64,000 nt of DNA from an uncultured Porphyromonadaceae bacterium (lineage in GTDB: Bacteria > Bacteroidota > Bacteroidia > Bacteroidales > Muribaculaceae). The translations under genes were made by a program, and so were the position numbers. The notes below the pieces were generated by a model. The model ran no database searches. It saw only the letters and a program-made list of their open reading frames with translations, and had not been told where the DNA came from. Positions within the stretch are counted from its first letter, which is position 1, and each line of letters starts with the position of its first letter. Below are positions 57,927-64,000 of the stretch, one piece after another. The stretch covers positions 13,795 to 77,794 of the forward strand of contig CAMWXJ010000005.1 in the NCBI GenBank assembly GCA_947178215.1. The letters run 5' to 3'.

Positions 57927-58490
57927 ATGACCAAATCAAACCTATATACCCGCACAGGCGACGACGGCACAACCGGCCTCGTCGGGGGAACGCGCGAGCT
58001 GAAGACTGCTCCGCGCATCGAAGCCTACGGCACTGTCGACGAGCTCAACTCGTGGCTCGGACTCGTAGCCTCACAACCTGCACTTCCGCCCGAAGACCAC
58101 GAGCTGATAATCTGGGTCCAGAAACGACTCTTTGACATCGGATCATATCTCGCCTGCCCCGCGCCCGCTCCCGGCGAGCAGCCCATACTCGGGCCGGGAG
58201 TAGATACTGAAGCTATCGGCCGACTTGAAGGGGCAATCGATCGCCTCGACGCCGCCACCCCCAAAGTAAAAAAATTCGTACTGCCGGGAGGATGTCAGGC
58301 GTCAGCCATGGCACAGGTAGCGCGAACGGTGTGCCGCCGCGCCGAGCGCCGCATCCTGACACTCCACGCCCTCAGCCCCGTCGACGCTTTCGCGCGACGC
58401 TTCGTCAACCGCCTCTCCGACTACCTCTTCATCCTCGGCCGTCACCTGAACTATGCAGCGGGCAGCGAGGAAATATTCTGGAGCCGCTGA
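57927..58490 (+). CDS. pduO: ATP:cob(I)alamin adenosyltransferase (PduO type)
   Basis: LYTRTGDDGTTGL, IEAYGTVDELNSWLG, FVLPGG, ARTVCRRAERR, NRLSDYLF. Confidence 0.93.
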   Translation: MTKSNLYTRTGDDGTTGLVGGTRELKTAPRIEAYGTVDELNSWLGLVASQPALPPEDHELIIWVQKRLFDIGSYLACPAPAPGEQPILGPGVDTEAIGRLEGAIDRLDAATPKVKKFVLPGGCQASAMAQVARTVCRRAERRILTLHALSPVDAFARRFVNRLSDYLFILGRHLNYAAGSEEIFWSR

Positions 58491-58558
58491 CAACGCCTCT
58501 GAGCCCGGCGATTTGAAAAAATTTCAGGCTCACTGACGACTAATTGACACATTTTTTA

Positions 58559-58566
58559 TAATTTTG
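58559..58566 (+). promoter_or_regulatory. -7 promoter element for the DUF2795 gene
   Basis: TAATTTTG. Confidence 0.6.
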
Positions 58567-58642
58567 CGCTCCCTCGGGCGCGACAGCCCCATCATATAGC
58601 ACAATAACATACAATCAACCAGCCAAATATACGCACAACGCC

Positions 58643-58864
58643 ATGTATTGGACACTTGAATTGGCCTCGAAGCTCGAAGACGCACCCTGGCCCGCCACCA
58701 AAGATGAGCTCATCGACTTTGCCATGCGCTCAGGCGCTCCCCTTGAAGTAATCGAAAACCTCCAGGAGATAGAAGACGAAGGCGATATCTACGAATCTAT
58801 CGAAGATATCTGGCCCGACTACCCCACCAAAGACGACTTCCTCTTCAACGAGGACGAATACTAA
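58643..58864 (+). CDS. DUF2795 family small acidic protein
   Basis: MYWTLELASKLEDAPWPATKDELIDFAMRSGAPLEVIENLQ, the highly conserved Bacteroidetes/Chlorobi sequence. Confidence 0.9.
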   Translation: MYWTLELASKLEDAPWPATKDELIDFAMRSGAPLEVIENLQEIEDEGDIYESIEDIWPDYPTKDDFLFNEDEY

Positions 58865-58894
58865 GCGATAAATTTCACATAACCACTTAATAAC

Positions 58895-58930
58895 CAATGG
58901 CTGAGAAAATTATTCTTTTCTCAGCCATTG
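58895..58930 (+). terminator. Terminator after DUF2795; marks the core/island boundary
   Basis: 15-bp perfect stem CAATGGCTGAGAAAA / TTTTCTCAGCCATTG followed by CTGTTTT. Confidence 0.8.
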
Positions 58931-59168
58931 CTGTTTTACACCGTTTTGCCCCATAGATTTCTTTGCCAAAAGAAAGCGCCGAGGCGATGACTTGGGTAAA
59001 TTACGTTTTCTTGGCCAACTTCAGCGATATTCTTGGCTAAAATCCCATTATCCTCTGAGGTTTGTGAGTATGGGAGGAATGCATACTACTTGGGGCATCG
59101 ACGAGTGAAAAGTCCGCAATTTAATATTTATTAGTATTATGTGTTATATTAATGAACATCTCCAGAGT

Positions 59169-59176
59169 TAAATTTG
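59169..59176 (+). promoter_or_regulatory. -7 promoter element for the island operon
   Basis: TAAATTTG only 4 nt before ATG 59181. Confidence 0.55.
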
Positions 59177-59180
59177 CACC

Positions 59181-60269
59181 ATGAAAAACGAAAAGATAAA
59201 ACTTACATTAGATGACGGCAATATTGTCGATGCTCAGGCGCCGGTGATTGTGTCGGCAAGCAGGAGCACGGATATTCCGGCTTTCTATGCGGAGTGGTTT
59301 TTTGAGAGATTGAAACGTGGTTACTCTGCATGGACTAATCCGTTCAATGGTGCTACCTCGTATGTAACTTATAGCAATACCAGATTTATAGTGTTCTGGT
59401 CGAAGAATCCAAGGCCGCTCATAGAGCATCTTGACTATCTTTCAGAAAGGAATATTGGATGCTACATACAATACACTTTGAATGATTACGAAGCGGAGGG
59501 ACTGGAAAAAGGAGTGCCACCTTTGGCTCAGCGAGTTGAGACATTCAAAATGCTTGTAGACAAGTTAGGCAAAGGTCGCGTAATATGGCGGTTTGACCCT
59601 ATGATTATTACTGATAAAATAGGTATTGATGATTTAATCAATAAAGTCAGAAATATAGGTGACCAGCTTAAGGATTGCACTGAGAAACTTGTATTCAGCT
59701 TCGCTGATATAGTATCGTATCGCAAGGTCAAGGCCAATCTTGAAAAGAATGGTGTCAACTATATTGAGTGGGATGAGGCATCAATGATTGAGTTTGCCGC
59801 GAGACTTTCAGAAATGAATAAGCAGCGTGGATGGAATTTTAAACTTGCCACTTGTGGCGAGAAAATTGACATTGAGCAATATGGTATTGAACACAACCGT
59901 TGCGTAGATGACGACCTTATGATTCGATTTGCATACCACGATAAGGAATTGATGGATTTCTTGAAAGTGGATGTCAGAAAGGTTCAGCCATCTGCCCCAT
60001 CTATGTTTGAAGAGTTCGAAGACAGTCCACAGATTCCGGAAGGAGCCATAATGGTAGCATCCGATACCTATGCCATAAAGCGAAAGAATAATAAGGATAA
60101 GGGCCAACGTCAGTTCTGTGGTTGCATTATAAGTAAAGACATCGGCCAGTACAACACTTGTCCACATCTGTGTGAATACTGCTATGCAAATACGAGCAAA
60201 TATGCGGCAGTTGCTAATTGGAAGCGTCATAAATCAAATCCAAGCGGAGATAAAATTATTGGCATATGA
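59181..60269 (+). CDS. DUF1848 family protein (radical-SAM-like, C-terminal CxxxCxxC)
   Basis: IVSASRSTDIPAFYAEWF, IVFWSKNP, VIWRFDP, CGCIISKDIGQYNTCPHLCEYCYAN (C327/C331/C334). Confidence 0.88.
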   Translation: MKNEKIKLTLDDGNIVDAQAPVIVSASRSTDIPAFYAEWFFERLKRGYSAWTNPFNGATSYVTYSNTRFIVFWSKNPRPLIEHLDYLSERNIGCYIQYTLNDYEAEGLEKGVPPLAQRVETFKMLVDKLGKGRVIWRFDPMIITDKIGIDDLINKVRNIGDQLKDCTEKLVFSFADIVSYRKVKANLEKNGVNYIEWDEASMIEFAARLSEMNKQRGWNFKLATCGEKIDIEQYGIEHNRCVDDDLMIRFAYHDKELMDFLKVDVRKVQPSAPSMFEEFEDSPQIPEGAIMVASDTYAIKRKNNKDKGQRQFCGCIISKDIGQYNTCPHLCEYCYANTSKYAAVANWKRHKSNPSGDKIIGI

Positions 60270-62941
60270 CTTATCAAGAAAGAATAAGCAGCATTTGCAA
60301 CCTTACAATAGATGCAATTATAGATAATTGTAAGGCACATATACCAGCTCAGTTCCGTCATCGTCCATATGTACATCCCGAGCTTAATCATGGTTTGGAT
60401 TTACTCAAGAGCGATGAGGGCTTAGATTGCTATATTGGCGCATACGGAGAGATGCACAAGTCAAAATGCCGTGCCGCCTTACAAAATATGCCGTTCCCGC
60501 CTAAAGAGAATAGCGGATCGTTATCATTGGAAATCGTAGATTGGGGCTGTGGTCAAGGAATTGGGACGGTATGCGTAATAGACTTCCTTAAAGAAAGGGA
60601 TCTCACACAATGGCTTAAGAGAATTACGCTTATCGAACCATCGCAAGCGTCATTAGTCAGGGCTGTTGATAATGCGAAGAGAGCCACTAATAATGGCGTA
60701 CGTGTTGTACCGATTAATGAGTATCTTCCTTCGGTTTCAGATGGTAATGAAATTAGCAGTGTCTCCTATGAGCAGAATTATGTCATCCACATATTTTCCA
60801 ATATACTGGATGTAACAAATATTGATTTGGGTAAACTTGCAAAGTGTATGGCTATTCCGGGCCATACGCACTATATTCTATGCATGGGACCCTTGAATGC
60901 CAATGCATTCAGGATAGACCGGTTCAGTGAAATATTTCAGCCGGCAGAATATTTCTCAAATATCACCAGCAATAGTTATGGTCGGACTTCAGACACCAAT
61001 TATACTTTTACATGTAAGACCAAGGGCTTTGTATATAATGGCACGTCATTGGATTTATCAAAATATAACCCTCAGGAAAAAGCTCAAACTTCAGTATATG
61101 GAGAATATGATATTAATTTACAGATAAGCAACAAGCTTTTTTCATTGGAAAAAGGATGGGTATATTACAGGTTCCAAAGTATTCTTTCTCCATCTGATTT
61201 GATATTTCTTAATCCGGATTTAAACGGCACTACCCCCGATTTCGTAATAATACGACCAAATGTCGGGGTTATAGTCATTTCTGTATTTGAGGAACCATTG
61301 ACAAAGTGTAAGGTAAATGCTGATGATCATTGGTTAATAGATGTGGAAGATACGAATGGAGAAATCCGCACCATACAATCTCCTTATACAGCCCTTGAAA
61401 ATTCTCAGAATCTTATAATTGAAAACATTAAAGAGTTTACTGAGGCGGTAATAGATAATAGCCGCAATCTTTCACTTGTCAAGAAGGTTCTTATTTGTAC
61501 AAAAGGATCTCAAAAACAAGCAAAACAGATATTCGGGGATCAGCAATGGATACAAGTATATGGATCTGATTTCTTAAACACCACTAACGATTCTTCCAAT
61601 ACAGTCGCCATTCATTTTTTTGATGATTTGCGGTTCCATTATCGTTCCTCTGTTTTTGATGCGATTGTTCTTGAGCAATTAAAACAAGATTTATCTCCTG
61701 CGTGGCATTCCTACAGAGAGGGGGTTGAAGTTAAGTTGTCCACCCAACAAAAAAATCTTTCCAAAAGTGTAGCTGGTGGTCAACGAAAGATTAGTGGAGT
61801 TGCAGGCTCAGGAAAAACCCAAGTATTGGCAAACAGAGCCGTTAATGCACAAGTACGGACTGGGGGTAATATTCTGATTCTCACATTCAATATTTCATTG
61901 GTCAATTACATGAAAATGCGTCTATCGCAGGTTCGAGCTGATTTTCCATGGGATAAAATTCACATTGATTACTATCACAGATTTTTTCGCAAACATGCGA
62001 ATGCTAATAATCTTCATGTGTATTTTGAGTCATACGATGATGAGGAATTTTTTAAATCTGTTAAATCAAAGCTCCCAAAATATGATGCCATTTTGATAGA
62101 TGAGGTTCAGGACTATATGGCATCTTGGCTTCAAATAATTAGACGGAACTTTTTACAAGAAAACGGGGAGTTTGTTGTATTTGGAGATCCAAAGCAGAAT
62201 ATATACCATAGGGAAATCGATAGTCAAGGTAATATTTTACTTGGAGTTATTCCCGGTTTGTGGAATAAAGATTTGACAAAGAGCCATAGATTTTCCAATC
62301 CGTCTCTTGCCAATTTAGCGATGGAATTTCAAAGACAATTTATTGGGAATCCTGATGATATAGAAGAGGCAAATGAATCATCAAATCTGGACTCTGGCAT
62401 TCAATTTAATCTTATGCAATATCATAATGTCTCTAATGCAAGCGACTCTGTAGTATTAGCTGAAACTGTTTACTCAATATGTAAAGATTTTATTGAGGCT
62501 AACGATATAGATATTTCAGATGTAGCCATACTGGCACCTCAAACCAATTTGCTACGAGAATTGGATTATAAATATAGAGGTGAATCAGGTAAAAGAACAA
62601 CAACTACTTTTGTCTCTAAAGAAGGCATTGATAGGATATCACGTCAGAAGAGTCAAGCATCATACGGATACAAACAAGATCTGGAGAGGCTTGAAAAGGT
62701 ATTGAAGAATCGTTTTACGATAGTAACTCGTAATCTAAAAATATCGACGATTCAAAGCTTTAAAGGATGGGAGGCACCAACTATCATATGTATTATTCAA
62801 AATGACATATACAGTGATGAAAATATTGTAACCTCACCGGAACTTGTGTACACCGGCATCACGCGAGCAAAAGAGAACCTATTGGTAATCAATATCGGTA
62901 ACAATCAGTATCATGACTTTTTCAAATCACATCTTCAATAA
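60266..62941 (+). CDS. Fusion protein: SAM-methyltransferase-like domain + degenerate NERD/PD-(D/E)xK domain + SF1 (UvrD-like) helicase
   Basis: YIGAYGEMH and IVDWGCGQGIG (D92); PDLNGTTPDFVIIRPNVGVIVISVF (aa ~318-341); GVAGSGKT (511-518), IDEVQD (611-616), FGDPKQNIY, STIQSFKGWE, LVYTGITRAK. Confidence 0.85.
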   Translation: MTYQERISSICNLTIDAIIDNCKAHIPAQFRHRPYVHPELNHGLDLLKSDEGLDCYIGAYGEMHKSKCRAALQNMPFPPKENSGSLSLEIVDWGCGQGIGTVCVIDFLKERDLTQWLKRITLIEPSQASLVRAVDNAKRATNNGVRVVPINEYLPSVSDGNEISSVSYEQNYVIHIFSNILDVTNIDLGKLAKCMAIPGHTHYILCMGPLNANAFRIDRFSEIFQPAEYFSNITSNSYGRTSDTNYTFTCKTKGFVYNGTSLDLSKYNPQEKAQTSVYGEYDINLQISNKLFSLEKGWVYYRFQSILSPSDLIFLNPDLNGTTPDFVIIRPNVGVIVISVFEEPLTKCKVNADDHWLIDVEDTNGEIRTIQSPYTALENSQNLIIENIKEFTEAVIDNSRNLSLVKKVLICTKGSQKQAKQIFGDQQWIQVYGSDFLNTTNDSSNTVAIHFFDDLRFHYRSSVFDAIVLEQLKQDLSPAWHSYREGVEVKLSTQQKNLSKSVAGGQRKISGVAGSGKTQVLANRAVNAQVRTGGNILILTFNISLVNYMKMRLSQVRADFPWDKIHIDYYHRFFRKHANANNLHVYFESYDDEEFFKSVKSKLPKYDAILIDEVQDYMASWLQIIRRNFLQENGEFVVFGDPKQNIYHREIDSQGNILLGVIPGLWNKDLTKSHRFSNPSLANLAMEFQRQFIGNPDDIEEANESSNLDSGIQFNLMQYHNVSNASDSVVLAETVYSICKDFIEANDIDISDVAILAPQTNLLRELDYKYRGESGKRTTTTFVSKEGIDRISRQKSQASYGYKQDLERLEKVLKNRFTIVTRNLKISTIQSFKGWEAPTIICIIQNDIYSDENIVTSPELVYTGITRAKENLLVINIGNNQYHDFFKSHLQ

Positions 62942-62943
62942 TT

Positions 62944-63252
62944 ATGATGAACGAAATCTTTACAAGGCAAGAAAAATATGCTATTGTTTCAGTCTTGATT
63001 AAAATTATGGAGGCTGATGGTTTCATTGATCCTCATGAGGTAGAATTCTTGGATGGTGTTCTTGTCGACCTACACATTTCCGAACCTGAGATGGAAATTA
63101 TCCAAGAATATGATCTCGGTCAAGATGTCGCTATAATCAAGCAATTAAGTATTGAAAAATTAGACGCTGCAAAACGGTTATTTATAAATATGGCTAAATG
63201 TGACGGTTTTGCAGACCCAAGAGAATTGCATATTATCAATTCCTTAATGTAA
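62944..63252 (+). CDS. TerB/DjlA-N-like small helical protein
   Basis: Two copies of the TerB-type motif: IMEADGFIDPHE and MAKCDGFADPRE. 102 aa, acidic. Confidence 0.75.
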   Translation: MMNEIFTRQEKYAIVSVLIKIMEADGFIDPHEVEFLDGVLVDLHISEPEMEIIQEYDLGQDVAIIKQLSIEKLDAAKRLFINMAKCDGFADPRELHIINSLM

Positions 63253-63280
63253 TGTATGTTTGCGTTAAATCAATTTAATT

Positions 63281-64000
63281 ATGGACGATAACAACCGGAT
63301 AATAATATATCAGAGCGAGGACGGCGAGACCCGTATTGAGGTAAAGTTTACGGGGGAGACTGTGTGGCTCTCTCAGCAACAGCTCTGTGAGCTTTATAAT
63401 ACAAGCAAAGCCAATGTGAGTGAGCATATTAAGCATATATTTGAGGATGGCGAGCTTGATGAAGAGGCAGTTGTTCGGAAATTCCGAACAACTGCTGCAG
63501 ATGGCAAATCCTACAATGTGGCTTACTATAATCTCGACATGATTATCTCTTTGGGATATCGAATCCGGTCGGTTATTGCGACGCACTTCCGCCGGTGGGC
63601 CACGGAGCGGCTTAAGGAATATATCATCAAGGGGTTCACGATAGACGATGAGCGGCTTAAGGGCAATGGCGGCGGCGCTTATTGGCGTGAGCTGCTTGAC
63701 CGTATTCGCGATATCCGTTCGTCGGAGAAAGTCATGTACCGACAGGTGCTTGACTTATACGCTACTGCTGTTGACTATGACCCACGCTCTGAGATTTCGG
63801 TTGAGTTCTTCAAGATTGTGCAGAATAAGCTTCATTTCGCCGCGCATGGCAATACTGCCGCGGAGGTGATTTTCAAACGAGCCGATGCGGATGCCCCGAT
63901 GATGGGTCTGACGTCATTCAAAGGGGACCATCCGACACTGCGCGATGCACAGATTGCAAAGAATTATCTTAGCGAGAATGAACTGAAAATTCTCAACAAT
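63281..64000 (+). CDS. rhuM: RhuM-family (virulence_RhuM) DNA-binding protein, 3'-truncated by window edge; absent from the ORF track
   Basis: My translation: MDDNNRIIIYQSEDGETRIEVKFTGETVWLSQQQLCELY...YYNLDMIISLGYRIRSVIATHFRRWATERLKEYIIKGFTIDDERLK...IRDIRSSEK...QNKLHFA...IAKNYLSENELKILNN. 240 codons with no stop. Confidence 0.9.
   Translation, partial: MDDNNRIIIYQSEDGETRIEVKFTGETVWLSQQQLCELYNTSKANVSEHIKHIFEDGELDEEAVVRKFRTTAADGKSYNVAYYNLDMIISLGYRIRSVIATHFRRWATERLKEYIIKGFTIDDERLKGNGGGAYWRELLDRIRDIRSSEKVMYRQVLDLYATAVDYDPRSEISVEFFKIVQNKLHFAAHGNTAAEVIFKRADADAPMMGLTSFKGDHPTLRDAQIAKNYLSENELKILNN

Larger units (their letters stand above)
58931..64000. other. AT-rich horizontally acquired island (probable defence island), continues beyond the window
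   Basis: Hand-counted 60-nt lines: 17/60 (59581), 23/60 (61621) and 17/60 (62041) GC versus 37/60 (line 301) in core genes. Codons switch to A/T endings; no integrase or tRNA seen. Confidence 0.85.

Noticed and set aside
152-58516. Many long opposite-strand or alternate-frame ORFs (e.g. 152..1171 -, 12116..14053 -, 42212..43315 -, 47413..48549 +, 56428..57774 +)
   Set aside because: They are shadows of recognisable genes in GC-rich DNA with biased codons, and they carry no family motifs.
58864-59180. tRNA or integrase at the island junction
   Set aside because: No cloverleaf, T-loop or CCA signature and no recombinase ORF is present.
59208-61127. Small ORFs inside the island (59208, 59528 and 59808 on -, 60927 on +)
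   Set aside because: They overlap the DUF1848 or fusion genes and have no motifs or independent signals; a hidden antitoxin cannot be supported.
60266-62941. Assignment of the island to Shango, Gabija, Nhi or a type I/III R-M system
   Set aside because: Partner genes and domain order do not match as far as I can recognise: no DUF2791 ATPase, no OLD nuclease, no DNA-MTase motif IV, and the nuclease motif is degenerate.
63275-63869. Minus-strand ORFs 63275..63586 and 63648..63869
   Set aside because: They are antisense to the clearly recognisable RhuM frame.

Overview
GC-rich (~60%) Bacteroidales chromosome segment. Gene content and TAnnTTTG promoters are consistent with Muribaculaceae; this taxon call is inference. 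Positions 1-58.9 kb are mostly housekeeping and envelope genes: PpiD/SurA-like (5'-truncated), sdaA, ruvA, a sulfatase with a GH2-like partner, asd, a CPA2 antiporter, an RND efflux operon with an lpxA paralog, an alpha-glucan GH133/GT4/GH57 operon, a DUF2723-CE4-queG-DUF3822-rsmD operon, galK, argC-like, an outer-membrane barrel, T9SS sprA, ABC-F, trkH/trkA, an RluA-family synthase, tilS, two accessory secreted proteins, a TlpA-like lipoprotein, tyrS, valS, pduO and DUF2795. After the DUF2795 terminator, GC drops abruptly (hand-counted sample lines ~28-45%) into an AT-rich island. It holds a tightly coupled operon: DUF1848 radical-SAM-like protein, a methyltransferase/degenerate-NERD/SF1-helicase fusion, a TerB-like protein and RhuM (runs off the window). 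This island is the best candidate for an undescribed defence or stress system. Other notable points: several full-length ORFs that appear catalytically dead (GH2 lacking most of its barrel, ArgC Cys->Pro, GH133 D->N/E->Q, TlpA without CxxC), an orphan promoter-terminator unit upstream of asd (candidate sRNA), and an RND pump with two extra hydrophobic helices. No tRNA, rRNA, CRISPR array, integrase or transposase was recognised. All family assignments are by eye from motifs; no searches were run.
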